Assembly (NCBI GenBank): GCA_020536535.1
Contig: JAHLWZ010000844.1
Span: forward strand, 16,251-80,250
Direction: 5' to 3'
DNA length: 64,000 nucleotides
Origin: Pelomyxa schiedti
Taxonomy: Eukaryota; Protista; Evosea
The notes under the pieces were generated by a model. The model had not been told where the DNA came from and ran no database searches. It was given only the letters and a program-made list of their open reading frames with translations. This document shows, piece by piece, positions 16,287-29,536 of the stretch. Each line of letters begins with the position of its first letter. Within the stretch, counting starts at the first letter, position 1. Made by a program: the position numbers and the translations under genes.

Positions 16287-18361
16287 TCAGTATCCCGTTA
16301 CGCCCCAAGGGTCAAGTTCAACTACAAAGAGGTACTCCCCACCCATGGACTGAAGCCATTCAATGGGAGACATTCGAGTTGCAAATCGCTCCCGTAGCTG
16401 GTTGTACAGGACTTGCATTTCCTTCAGCCAAACATCGGGGTCTGGTGGGGGTGGCACCAGTCTAGGGGGTGGCAGCGGTGCCAAAGCAGTAGAACTTGAT
16501 TGTGTTGGTGTTGATGCCGCTGTGGAGGATGTGCAAGTGGAAGTGGTTGTGCTTGTGATTGTAATTGTAATTGGGCTTGTGCTTGCGCTGCTGGTGGCGG
16601 CGGCAGCGGTTGTAGTGGATGGTGATGATGGGAGTGTGTGGGTAGCTTTGGTGTGTTTTGCTATGATGCTTGGGGGTATCACGATGCACTTGTAGCGGAG
16701 CTCCGATCGCCCAAAGATGACCTCCCGGAGCAGAGTTTCAAACCCAAGGTGAAACTCGTGTGGAGGGATTATTGTTAGTACAAAGCAGGGAGCTTCGGGG
16801 TCGACTGGGAGTTCTATTGACTTGGATGGGGGTGTTGCGGTAGTTTTTGGAGGGATGTCGATGATGATTGTGTTCTTTTTTTGGGCTTTTCTTTGTTGGG
16901 GACAAGATTGCTGGAATGCCGCTGCAATGTCAAACATGTGTGCCTTGCATTCAATTATTGCTGCAACTTTTGGTAACTCGTGCTGAGGTTGTCTGATTGG
17001 GGCCGGCCAAACAAGTAAGATAATGTCCGCTTCGCCATCACAGCCAACCCACCTCACATTAGTCACTGTTGTGCACCTGTCTTCCTTGAGTCCCAGCTTT
17101 TTAAGTGCCAACAAAGCGGCAATGCGCTTACAACGTTGTTCAAGTGACTCCCCTCTCGTGTTGCAGGAGTGGCCCGCCATAGTATCTACTTGGTTCCATT
17201 GGTCGAGGTATGGCTTCAGTGCAGAATACGTTTTTTGCCAGGTAAGCCATTGAGGATCCGTCTCTAAGACACGCTCATATTGCGAGAGTGAATGGCGCAG
17301 TCCCTCAATGATCTGTTCTTTCTTTGAAAGTATGCTTGCAATCTGTTGTTCAGGGGTCATATCGGGTTTTGGGGGATCTGAAGATGAAGATGCACTGGAC
17401 GAATTACTTTTTTGGCGTTTCCCTTGCTTCGAAGTCATTCCCTAACAATTTACAACACAATTATTGGAGAAAGTAGTGAAAGTGAAATGCCAAGTGAAGG
17501 GCATCATATTCGGGAAAAAAAAAAAGAAAAAAAGAAGTGCAGCAAAGAATATAAGATACAAGAATATACCGCGATCATCTGAGCCTTTTTGGCCGAGTTT
17601 TCCGCCGTGAGTTCCTTCACGAAACTCTCTTCTTTAGCAAGGTTCTTCCTGGTCCTCTCCGCCTCCTCCCACAACTTTCCCCTCGGCAGCTTCTCAAAAG
17701 CCTCCGCAATGTCGGCGATATTGTCCCCCACACTCGCCCCTATCTCCGCGAGCGGCACCTCGAGAGCGGCGGCGTTGGCCCTCATGTGGTCGCGCACCCG
17801 CTTCCTGACCTCGCCGCGCTCGCCCTCGTCGCTGCCAAACACCCGCGCTGCGTGCACGAGGAACGCCACCCAGTCGTCGAACGTCTCGCCCGAGTACAGC
17901 CCGGTGGGGGGGTACTTCCCCAGGGTCTCCCTCACCCTGGCCCGCAGGCCCCCCTGCCTGTCTATCACCTGCTCCAGAATCACCTTGGCCATGTGCCCCA
18001 GCGGCTCCCCGATCAGCGGCACCGCCGCCGCCGCGGCTCCACCGGCCGCCATCGAGGGCGCGCTCGCGGGGGCGGCGCAGGCCCCCGTGGTCTCTCCGGG
18101 GGAGGCCGCCGTCATGCGGAGGGAGGACGGGGGGCGGCCCTGCCTCCTGGTCGCGGTCGATGCGGAGGCCGGGCCCGGAGAGGACGAGGAGGAGTCGAAG
18201 AGGGCCTCGAGCTGGAGTTTCTGCTGCGGGTCGACGTGGATGGGCTCGGCGCTGGTCCAGTAGGCCCCGTAGCTCTGTGTTCGGCTCCTAAGGGCGGTGT
18301 GCTCGGTGGCCGCGAGGGGCGGGTGGCCGTGGAGGCCACAGGGGCTACACACTGCTCCCAT
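16287..18361 (-). CDS. ~650-aa protein with N-terminal acylation motif, coiled coil and PD-(D/E)XK restriction-endonuclease-like domain, 2 exons
   Basis: A phase-0 GT-AG intron at 17442-17569 joins ORFs 17504-18361 and 16287-17438 in frame (AQMIA|GMTSK). N-terminus MGAVCSPC. Nuclease-like motif RGESLE...GEADIILL...AIIECKA...AFQQ. Confidence 0.7.
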
Positions 18362-18727
18362 TCAATCGGCTGGTGCGGCGAGGCGCCTTGAGTGACGAAT
18401 CGTATTGGTTTGTGATTAATTAACTGGTTAGGCGAACCGCGAAGGAAAAAAAACAAATTGCAATTGAAGTCTGTGGATAAGGCCCGTCTCGAGGGAATGG
18501 ATCAAGTTTCGCAGGAAGAAAAACTCCGTGCACTTCTAAAACACAAGGGTAGCAAAAAGGTAAGGAATTAGTCTAGCCGTTTGTTAGTTTCACATCAACT
18601 ATAGTACAGATAGTGGCAGGATCAGTGGCAATGTATGTGTCCTGGTGTTTATTGCTTTGAGGTGGTTAAAAGGGTTTTGCTTTTATTTTTGTACATTCAT
18701 ACAGGCAGGCTTGTACCAGTGATCCCT

Positions 18728-20228
18728 TCATGGGAATTGCACATTACTTGCAGATTCAGATGGCTGAAGGTTACTATAGGCAGCAGGTGACTTGGTTTCC
18801 ATTGTGTGAACAGCATTTCTTTGTCCCAAAAGCAACATCATTATAATGAGTGGTATAAGTTCCAGAGTTGTGTAATATGTAAAATCTGAGACGCACATAT
18901 GAGTATTAGAGTATTTTCTACTAGAGGGTTTTTGCTGGGGCACACCAAACCACGAGACGGTTGTAGAAACGTCTCGATTATTTATAGGTGCAACATACAG
19001 CTACTGAATGGTTACTTGGCAAAAAAAAAGTTGAAAATAGGTTGAGTGCCATACAATGATAAAGGATCGCACAAGAAAACAAATTGTGCACATTAACGAT
19101 AGTATAACAACACGTTGAAGGACAGTGAGACCTCGTGTATGTATGTTGAAAGCTTGCATTTGCTTCTTCCGGAACAGCAGTGTACCATATACTAAGAAAG
19201 TAATTCCTAGAGCGACATAAATGAGTGCTGTTATCTACCTCAGATGAAAAAAGCCAGATAAGGGCAAGGAAAACGGTTTAATGAATTGGAGCTGACTCAC
19301 AAGAGTTGTGGACCAAAATAAAGTCTCAATGACTTCGACTACACACACTTGAAAGTAGCAAACCAGGTTCCAGAGTAAGGCTCCAAAAAAATATGTATAC
19401 ATAGCTGCATTTAGAATCTGCAACGTTTTTTAATCAGTAAACACTTCTCGCTCGTACGCACTAAAAGGACAGGTGTGGACTTCCTGTGGGTTGTATGTGC
19501 ATCAGATATTACTGGTTTCCCATGATACATCTCTGCCCTTTGTAAAAGCATAAAAAAAGTGCCATAAATTAATATTATCTTTTCACAGGGGAGGGATGGT
19601 ACCCACCAGCACATTAGTACTATGAAGTAACATGTAAAAAATAAGAAAGCGGGAAGGTGCTCAAGCAGTAGTAGCTCTGTAGTGCGGTCAGCTGAGCTGA
19701 AGGAATTTAACGGGTGATTTTCCATCCAAGGGAAAGTTACAAAATATACAACCCGTCCTGTAGTTCACTTAGAAGGGGTGCTCAATGGAATGGTTACAGT
19801 ACCAAAGCAGGCAAATATAAATGTAGCATGAAACCAGACCTTGTCACTGAGTTATTAACAAAACACAAACAACAACATAGATAACAATAAAATGCCACCC
19901 ACAATACCTGCCATGATGGCCTTGCCGCATTGGAAGCTGACAAAACCCGCCGAATCAAAGAGACGGCAGAAACTGTAGATAGCAGGAAATAGAATCCGCC
20001 AAGTATGTAGTGCAGAACTGCACACAAGTCGGTGATCTGGCCATCATCAGGCGGGGGCGGGGGTATCGACTCCGAAAATGATGGGACGGGGCTGCGAGGC
20101 CCCCAAAACGAAGAAGACGAGCTTGAAAACGACGCGGAGGAGGACAATGCCGAGGAGACAGAGCCCGAGGACGAAGACAATGATGGGATCGAAAAGGGCA
20201 AAAACAACAACACGTCTATGGCCCTCAT
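18728..20228 (-). CDS. Multi-pass membrane protein, THH1/TOM1/TOM3 (GPR137-like) family
   Basis: Multiple hydrophobic exons. Signature LLEHLPAFLFFTCYFIVLMCW|AEMYH, a ++V.IVSL.CTICFL.RS segment and YYTTLELIP near the C-terminus. Confidence 0.8.
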
Positions 20229-20472
20229 GAAAACACACCAAAGTCTGGGAAGTGAGTTTGGGGCGTGGTTCTTGAAAAAAATGAAAAACCGAAACGAACA
20301 GCGGGGAGCACAGAACACCCATAATACTAACGGGAGGACACAAAGGTCGTTTTGCGGAAGGCGAAGCCAATCAGATCTGGGTGATGAAATTTTGGCCAAC
20401 TGACAACAAATGATGATACCCAAAGAAAACGTATTAGCTTGTATCAGACATTTTTTTTCTTGTTTTGTTAAA

Positions 20473-21841
20473 CTACAGGCTATTATTACACTGGTCAAAT
20501 GAAACTACAGATTGGCTTGGTGAAATCAGAGGAAGGGAACCACTGTGGTTTCTTCTGCTGGAAGGTGATGTTGCTTTCACTATTGGTGGAAGTTCTGGAA
20601 TATAGTTTGTTTGTGATGACTTGGTGTGTGCCAGTATGGCAGTGGAATCTGTTGCTGCTCGGCAGTATCTGCCTCTTCTGGCGGAAGTGTGATTAAAATT
20701 GGTACCAAAATTACAGTTATCTACATCAGTGCTTGGGGATGTGCTGGTCAGTAAAGGTGAGGCTGATCTGTTTGTGCCGTGGGTGACACCCATTGTGGTG
20801 TGTAGAGGATTGGAACTTTGAATGTGTGGGGATGTGGAAAGTGCGAGTAGGTGGTCTGTGGTTGTTGTAGTGAGAGTATTGTTGGAGCTTGACATTGTGG
20901 TGGTGATGCGCGGGAAGATGTTGTTTAATTTGTTGGGTGGGCCTTCTGAAGCTGTGTTCCTTGGAAGCACTGGAGAACATTGGCTCCTGCTCCTGTTGCG
21001 AGTGGCTCCAACAACTACGGGAGGTAGTGCACTTCCTCTGGAGGCAGAAGAAGAAGTCCCGTGAGCTGCGTTGAAGTGTCCACACTGACCCGTGGAATTA
21101 GTCACAGTTGCTGGTGAGTGTTTGTTGGATACCGAATCCAGCGCATTTCCTGAAGAAGCTGAAGCTGTAGTGCCGTTGATTCCTTCAGCTGAAAGAGGGC
21201 GTGAATTGGGCTTGCCGGTGGTTGCTTTTGAACTACATGTAGGGTCCAGTTTCATGGCGTACTCATTGTACTCGAGGGTATCCACCCATAAGTTGAAGTC
21301 CAGATATGAACTCAGGGTAGTCTTCTCGAGTGCTGCTAATTCAGCAAGAGGAATTCCTGAGATTCTAGAAAACCCTGATTGAAGAAATTCAGCGTCGATC
21401 TGGCGCAAGAAATCCTCCATCAGTATCCTAGGCCCAGGGTTGGAAAGAAAAGAATAGAAAATAAAAGGGGGTTTACTTGGCACTGATGAGAACCAGGGCT
21501 ACTGTAACATCTCGAATGGTTTCCATAGTGAATTGCGACTTGCATCTATGACCCAGCACACAGGCCACAACAAAAGAAGACTGAGGAACGCCGAGTTCCG
21601 AACTGAATCGTCGCAGTAATTGTGGGACAGGCACGGAGCACAGCACGGCGCCGGAGCACGAAAGGTCGATCTTCCGCCTTGCTGTGAATCGCTCAGCCTC
21701 CATGGCAATGAGCTGACTGGCAGAGGACGAGGCGCAATTGTGGGACTGGTCACTGTCGGCCTCCAGGGTTGGCGAAGGAGGTTTCACTTTAGACCGCCAG
21801 TCAATGAGAGAAAACAGGTAATTCGAAGCATAGAACTCCAT
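20473..21841 (-). CDS. Pho80/Pcl (P/U-type) cyclin-like protein with a long low-complexity tail, 2 exons
   Basis: Spliced VALVLISAK|ILMEDF...FSRISGIPLAELAALEKTTLSSYLDFNLWVDTLEYNEY matches the Pho80-family cyclin box pattern (AK..DD...GG+..ELN.LE..FL..LDF.L.V). Confidence 0.72.
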
Positions 21842-22169
21842 GGGCTGCAGTTGTGTTGTTGTGGTTGGCTTTTTGTTTGTTTTTTGTTGTGGTGGCAAAG
21901 GGGTGTTTGGTTGTTGTCGGGCTTTTCTCAGGGAACCAAAGGAGCAACGAATTTTGGAAAAAACACCGAAGCCTTTTTTTCGCACACGTTGCGGGGTGGA
22001 TCATTTCACTGCCAAGAAAGACTAATTTCGGTTTTGTAACCCGATTGAACAAGCACCATCCATACATAAATGGTATAGTGATCACTAATTTCTGTGTTCC
22101 CGTGCGCGGGGTTTGTGTTCACTCACAGGGATGTATGAGAAGGATTCGAGGGGCGAACTTGAGTGGATC

Positions 22170-23628
22170 CTACAACTGTTGGTGTGACAGTTCAACGAAC
22201 CTCTCTTTGTACGCGGATAACCACTCAAGCTGACTTGGCGAAACGTAAAACTGGAGGAGATCCTTAAGTTTCTCCCAGTTGGAATCGTCTGTTCCAGGGC
22301 GGAGAACGTGGCTGTCTATTTTCCCGGCAAGACCCGCTTTGGTGTCTATTGTGTTGATTAGTTCCTGACTTTTTTGTGTGTGTTTGTTTGGTATGTACTC
22401 ACTATAGGTTTGTTGCCAAGCACCTCTATCCACGCGGTCTCGTCCAACACTACGGTCGACCATGAGGCATTCATCTGGGCACTTGCCCCATGATGTCACT
22501 CGGGAACCAAAGAGTATTTGGTCATAATACCAACGAGGGGAGGTTGCCTTGTCGCCGACTTTCCACTTAGCCCCATATCGTTGCTGAGCTTGCTTTAGCT
22601 GATACTTCACTTCGGCTTCAGCCCAAGCAACTGGATTTTGGCTTCCGGGGTACATTGTTGCTGGCTGCATTATATCGTGCCAAACGGACGCAGTTGCCCC
22701 AATATAACATATAGGGAACATATTGGCAACTTTGCTATCACCCCGGCGATAGGCATTAGCATAGAGAAGGTGGAGCGGCTTGGTAGACTTTTGATTATCA
22801 AAGTAAATTTCTGATAGTGGCCACATATCTTGGAAAGAGTGGGAACCGTCAGAAGAAGTAAAACGTATGGAAATTCTCACCAGCATCCGAAGTGAGGATG
22901 TATGGGTCGTCACCCAAAAAAGAAGGAAGACTCATCATGAATCCATACAACCGGGCCACTTGAACGGCTGTAATCTCCCATTCCCCATCTTCACTGGGAT
23001 CGGTGAACCCTTCATACACCAAAGCACCCGCTTTCCTGCACATGTCTAGTGCAAACTTCACATAAGGCGGGTCATTATCATGTGTGGCTACTTGTAGGAC
23101 GGGAGTGTAACCTGCAGAAACCGAATTATTAAGTTGATTCTGGTACCAAACAGGAGGTAGGAATTTCTATAATCTTAATAAAAAGAGATTTTAGTGTGGA
23201 CTTCCATATGGACCTAAGTTGGACCACAGCAGAGAGGTTATGGGAGTGAAAAACAGGTAGAATGAATCCACCGTCGAGGAAAACATAGCGACCCTGGCCG
23301 AAGGGGAATCCCCATCCGCGCTCCTCGTCCCACAATTCCCGGTCGCTAGGTCACACTCCTGGTCCATTTGCAGTTCCGAATCTCCCATGCACTCCCGATA
23401 GACCGAGTCGCACGCGCTTTCTGCCGACACAGAACCCGCCTCGAACCCACCATTATGGGCGCACTCGCACACTCGCACTCTACACAGGCACAGGCTGGAC
23501 TTATCATGCGCCCTCGAGAAGGCCAAATCGCAATCCACCTCGCACCCCTCACCATTTGCTCCAACCGTTCCCACAATGGCGGAGAGCAAGAGGCACAGCA
23601 ACAGAACGGCCACGTCACGTTGCATCAT
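22170..23628 (-). CDS. Secreted/luminal protein: signal peptide, Cys-rich domain, glycosyltransferase-like (DxD) domain
   Basis: Signal peptide VAVLLLCLLLSAIVG followed by a Cys-rich segment. YILTSDA|DMWPL (DxD across an intron), FPICYIGA, WYYDQILF, DRVDRGAW, IDSHVLRP. Confidence 0.6.
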
Positions 23629-23776
23629 CCGTAGATAGTTATCTCAATGACCACTTCAGAGAAAACTTCGATTTGTGTGGACTCACTCGAGGCCTGATGT
23701 TTGAGGAGCGAGCCATAACAAAATTTTTTCTTTTTCCTTCTTATGAAACAAAACACAAATGTAGGTTAGTATTGAA

Positions 23777-26700
23777 TTAGAGGAGCTGCAACTGCACAAG
23801 CTGTTCAAGGCATTTTCCTAAGGCCAGGAAGGCTGTTTTTAAAGAATGAATACATTACTCAGGGGGTGGAGTAACACACGAGGGCGTTTTGCTGGGTCCT
23901 GATGCCAACAGTCACTGATCAATTTGGCATATTCAGGTGGCGTTTCTGATGGAATTTCTTCTCTTTTCCCAGACATGACAAATGTATCTACCAATTGTTA
24001 AAGATATTACATAAGCGACTCGATCTTACAGAAATCCTGCAGTCTTATATATGGGGGATATCCAGTAACGATTTGCCATAGCAAAACCCCATAACTAAAC
24101 ACATCTGTTTCAATTCCGTAGTCTTGTGTTCCAGATAAAATTTCTGTGTATTGTGAGGCGAGAGGAATCACAGGGTTTTTTTAACCTGGGGCCATATCTG
24201 GTTAGGAAGGGGTGAAGTGAGACATTAGTGCAATGCTTAGTGTATATTGCTTATACATATTGGGGTGCCAATTAAGACCGTCATTCGCCGGAGTGCCGAA
24301 ACAGTTATTTCTGGGGAGGCAGCAGTCATTCCTCTTGAACTGACAGCCCGTGAGGTGCCAAAATCGGAAACCTCACAATAATAAGCTTTTGATTGAAGAA
24401 GAGGAAGGGAAAATTACTTTGCAAGTTATGTCACAGTGCTTGTTGATTGAAACCATCAAAACTATTGATACATAAATAATTTACAGTGAAAAAAAGGGTC
24501 GACACTGTTGTCCGGCTACAGGAAGGAAAAAATTTATTTGGTTGAAGAGAGAAGTAATGGTTACCTTAAGGTCTCGGTGCACAATGTGATTTGCATGCTT
24601 GTATAATCGTAAGGGTATCGAATACAAAGGAAACACTCTTACCAAAAAAGACATTGCTATTATGTGGGGGTTAAGTGAAAATAGAATGAAAAAACCACTT
24701 ACCTAGGGCTATATCCTTGGCAATCTTCAATTTGATTACCCATGCCAGGTCCTGGTTTTTCTTGGTGGTGTGAGAAAAAACCCAAAGGAAGGAAAACTCT
24801 ACAATCAAAACGGAAGACAAATTTCCAAGTGCCATATACTCCTTTTTCCCAATGTAAGAAAGAAAAGAAAGGAATACCTAGAAATAAGAGGTAACAAAGA
24901 AAGCACACCGTGATAATGCAAAGCTGAAAAAAGTTGGATATGGAAAAGTGGGGTGAGTTTTTCTTTAACGCAAAAGGAAAAACCTTTAAGGGAATTGTAA
25001 CACTGTAATATCATTTGGAAGTGAGAAAATGATGAGCTTCGAGATTTTTTACATACGCGCCAATGAAGTTGACAATGTGGGTATGCCTCAGTTGTGTGAG
25101 AACTTTGATTTCTCTGAGAATAAAAAATTTTGAATGAGAAAGAGAAAGACAGGAAGAAACCTCTTAAATTCTGCAAATGATTCCTCAGTGGGATTTTGGT
25201 TTTTGAGAAGTTTTATTGCCACAGGTGTGTGACGCCAACTCCCCTTCCTTCAGAGTGTGTGAGAATTCGTTTCACTTTTACTTGATTTGCAGTGTATGAA
25301 TATTGTGACAGGAGAGTGTGGAGTGGAAAGAGAATGAACCAGACTGCTGCAAAACTTCCTTGTCCAATACTCTCCTCAAAAATCAGATCAGTATAATCAA
25401 TCTAAGGCTATCAGACAAAATTTTGAACATTGAGTGAGGGGTGACGTTGGTAATCCCTTCCCTCTCCTTCTGTTACAGCACACAACAATATTTTGATAGA
25501 CACTATTCACACCTGAGTTGAGAGACACGTTGTTATTCTGAGCCCTATAGAGTTGCAGAATGTTGCTTCAGAATCACTCAATGTCTTTCTGTGACTCATA
25601 AATCCAGTTTTGTGATCTGAATTGTGTGAGAGTTGAGTCTGGGAATGTGGCAGTGCAGTTGGGAAAACGAGAAGGGAGAAGAGAACAGAAGAAAAGAACA
25701 ACCGGCAGCAATCATTCCAAACTGTGCATCAATGGTTGTCGTGCAAAACACAGTCAACCTCGCCTTGAACTCAACATCCTTTCCCTGTGTTGTGTGACAT
25801 CTGACGTGAGAAGATTTATAGCAGGAGGCAATATGTGGATTGAAAGAAAAACAAAAAAAAACCTTGGGGATTGCAACTTGGAGTGGATCGATTTTCAAAG
25901 TGTAACGGTCATCAGAGGGAATGATAAACGAAACCAAAATTCCACTCCCGTTGTTTCTGACAACAAACGTGTCTGTCACTTCCTTTTGGTACATAAGAAA
26001 AACAAACCAAAAACCAGGAAAAAACCTTGTCAGTATCACAGGGTTCAGAACCTCCAAATGTCAGTTTGGGTGGTGTTACCTGTTCAACAGAAAGACGGTT
26101 TCAACTTATTCACGTGAAATACAGAAACATACAGTGAGATTTGGAGAAGGCAGAAGCAGTGGCAACGAAAACCGAGGTGGTGCAAGAACAGGTACCGGTT
26201 TTGGAGGTGACTTTGGCCTCAATAACTGGTCACCCTCATGCACGGGAGAAGCAGTGAGTGGCGTGATGATGGACCTCCTTTCAGACATGTACGCAAGGGC
26301 CTTCTTGTCCAATCCTGTTTGGGTGTAGCATGGGCACAGTTGTTTCTGTAACACATATGAGTCATAGAGTTCCTAATTTCAAAAAATAAATACCGGCTTT
26401 TTTATATGTGTATCAGTGGCAATCCAACTCAGCGAGTTCCCAACTGTAACACCCTCTCTCTCGAGATCTACATCAAACCCTAGTGACATCCAGTCAAATT
26501 GAGGTAAGGGGTAGGTGGTGCGAAGGTATTTTACTTGCCTTTGAGACTTGGAGAAATCTTCTTGGTTGGAATTCGTGACTGTGTGCCACTGAGTGACCAC
26601 ACAGAAACATGAGGGAGGGTGCGATACGGTGTGACAAAGTCAATGTGGTGCCTAGAGTAACTGGCTCTAAATCTTCCACTTTGAAACAGAGAGGCAGTGG

Positions 26701-29334
26701 GACCAATCTTTTGGAAGACACTCCACACAAGTTCCAATGCCACAACTGTGGAAGGCGGTGATAGTGATTCTGGAAGGGAAATACGCTGTTCATTCTGAGT
26801 AGGCTTTTCATTTTGTGGGTTGCACATTGATGTCGGTCTGGAGTAATTGTGCAACATCACTAACAAAATATCTTCAATAAGTTGCAGACCTGGAAATGGC
26901 ATCTATCAACTTGATGTTCCCACTGGCCTTGGCCTTTGTAATGGGTGACTCCCCATTGTTGTTCTCAATGCCTTTTTGTTTGAAAACAGTTGTCAAATTT
27001 GCCAAAATGCCAAAGGAAAAAAGAGAGTCATACAAGGATTTGCCTCTGCAAAGATGAGAGAAGAAATGAAGTCTAAATGCAGTTCCGGCGCTGTGCAGGC
27101 CATCATCAATGCCGTGTCTCCGGTGTCCGTTTGTGCATTCACATCAATTTTGGACACCAAGAGTGTGCTGAGAAGCTGTTCTCTACGTTAATGCGTTCAG
27201 TCTAAACAGTATGGCAGCCAACCTGACTTGAAGAGGAATCGGCTTTGAAAGATTTTGCAAGAAAATGCAGTGCAGTTTGTCCTCTTTTTGCTCGATGTAA
27301 AGTTTTGGCACCCTTTTCAATAAGTAGGTTGGCAACATCAAAATTCCCAGATGAGATTGCTGCACTTTTTTTGCAGAGAAAGAGAGAAAGCACTATTATT
27401 TATTGGTTTTTTTTTCTAAGTGCATACAGTAAGGGTGTAATACCCAGATAGTCCTGTGTGATTAAAAAAAAATTCCCATCAAATGATAAAGTTACAAGTC
27501 TGTGAGCATACTTTGGGATCAATTTTCGCCCCTTTGTCCAGAAGATAACTCACAAGTTCAGAGTTCCCCGAATATGAAGCAACATGCAAAAGAGTTAGAC
27601 CAGTATTTCCTTTTGCATTTATGGTTCCCTCCTGATTGAACATGAGTTACAAAATGAAAAAAAATGGGAGATGGAAGGCACGAGAAGGGGGAATTGGATG
27701 ACTGGGGATGGAGATGACACCTTGATGCTGGCCTCAACCTTTTCCACCAACTGCTTGTTCAACCCTCGTGGCGATGCTTGTATGAATCCCACGGCATCTT
27801 TCAGTGCTGGTGCCGTGACAGGAGTGGCAAATGCAATCCAACACATCTCAGAATTCCCTTCGACTGCAGCTGTGAACCCTGGTTTTGAGATTGAGTGTGA
27901 GATTGGAGTGAAAGTGATGGAGTGAGTGAGTGGGTGACGATTGACTCAAAGCCAACCAACCTGTTGAGGAAGCGAGAATTTTTGAGGTGGGAACAGCACT
28001 GAACGGTGCTTCGTTTGAATACCCAAAGAGCCATGCAAGCACTTTTGGTGTGCTTGGAAACGGTTGTGTGAATGTCACTGACAACACTCCCCCTGATGAT
28101 GTGTGTGCTCGTTGTTGACCACTGAGGAATATTGTGGTTCTTGTTGGTAAAGTATTAAAAATACCCTCACCAGCTGCAAGGTTAATCATCACTGCTGATG
28201 ATCTTTTTAACATTAGAACCTAGTCTATGATCATAGAGTATGGACTTACTTGGTCATAGCTTCCAGTTGTGGATGAACCGCGGGGATAAAACCTGGCTCA
28301 ATCGGTGGAGTGGCAACTGCAGAAGGAACCGCTTGGTACATGCTTATTGGCTGTGGTGACGAGGAAACTGGTGGTTGTGGTGAAGGTGAAACAGGTGCAT
28401 TGAGTAGTGGTGTTGCAGAAGGAGAATAATTACACATTACCGTTGGGTGTGTGGAAAGTGAAGCCGGTGGCTGTGGTGAAACCGAAAGAGGTGGCTGTGG
28501 GGCAATTGAAACTGGCGGCTGTGGTGCCATCGCCACCGGCGGCTGCAGTGACGGCGACGGCGAAGGTGATGGTAAAGGTGAATGTGAAGGTGATGGCAAA
28601 GGTGAAGGTGAAGGCGAAGGTGAGTGTGAATGTGATGGGGTGAATGTTGTTGGCATGGGAGGAGTCATGGGCCTCGGGGCCACAACAGGCAGCAGCAGCA
28701 AGCCGCCGTCGCCGCTGCAGTGCGATAACGAAGGGGACAGCGGCGCCTGCGTGGGCGTCGACACGCGGTCCAGCGAGCAGGGCGTGATGCAGCGCAAGTT
28801 GGGCGACGCATCCGCCGAGCTGCTGAAGGAATGTTCGGGAGACTGGTACGGAGTCGTCAGGCTGTCGGTCCCACAAGTCCGAGTGCTTGACGTGGTGGTG
28901 GACGAGGAGAATGACTGGGAAGAAGAAGAAGAAGAAGAATAGCACCCGCCGGGTGTCGAATCATTTGTCTGGGAGTTGGATTCCCAGTCGGAATGAGGAA
29001 GAGGAGGAGGCGGCGGCGGAGCGGGTGCGGGCACAGTCAGGCGCAGGTGTTGTGATCTGTGCTCGCGTTGCTTGCTTTTCAGGATTGTGGTGGTCTGCCA
29101 GCCGCCCGTCGAGGCCCTCGGCTGCTTCGCTTCGTCGCCCAGTGGGGGTCCACTGCTTGTTGTTGGGCCTCCTAGTTGCATGGCACTAACACTGCGGGTG
29201 TACTTGGGCTGTGAGATCGGCGCCGAAACTGTGGGAAGGCATGGGCTGCTGCTGTTGCTGCTGTGAGTGTCAGTTTCGGAACCAGAGGGAATTGAAATGC
29301 TGCCTCGGTTGCGTGCGACCAACCAGGAGGTCAT
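23777..29334 (-). CDS. Multi-exon TKL kinase, copy B (lectin-ankyrin-lectin-Ig-kinase)
   Basis: Same exon order and motifs as copy A: SGQQRAHTSSGGVLSVTFTQPFPSTPKV, LTLLHVASYSGN, HHIDFVTPYRTLPHV, IGQGSFAAV, VAIK, HRDLK, SDFGTSR, LISDCWHQDPAKRP. Ends LVQLQLL*. Confidence 0.85.
27691..28122. repeat. Near-identical duplicate of 33674-34132 (lectin-1 exons plus intron, kinase copies B and C)
   Basis: Base-level near identity including intron sequence. Further shared blocks at 26894-27000 / 32867-32975 and 25503-25988 / 31380-31897. Confidence 0.9.
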
Positions 29335-29536
29335 TGTGTGGGCCCAGGTTTCGCGAAAACAATTGGTTCAAGGTCTCAGAATCAAGATCCCTCGGCTTGA
29401 CAAGTTGGGTGACTTCCGTTTGCTATCAAACTTCAAAAAGTTAATGTTCTCAGAACGGAGGAAACCGATCGGTTTCGCTTAAGACTTTGGGAGCTAATAT
29501 TGGAACTAAGAGGGTCACAGCATTTGTTTTGTATTA

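Noticed and set aside
17589-18456. Additional overlapping ORFs on the nuclease-like gene's first exon
   Set aside because: GC-rich shadow frames.
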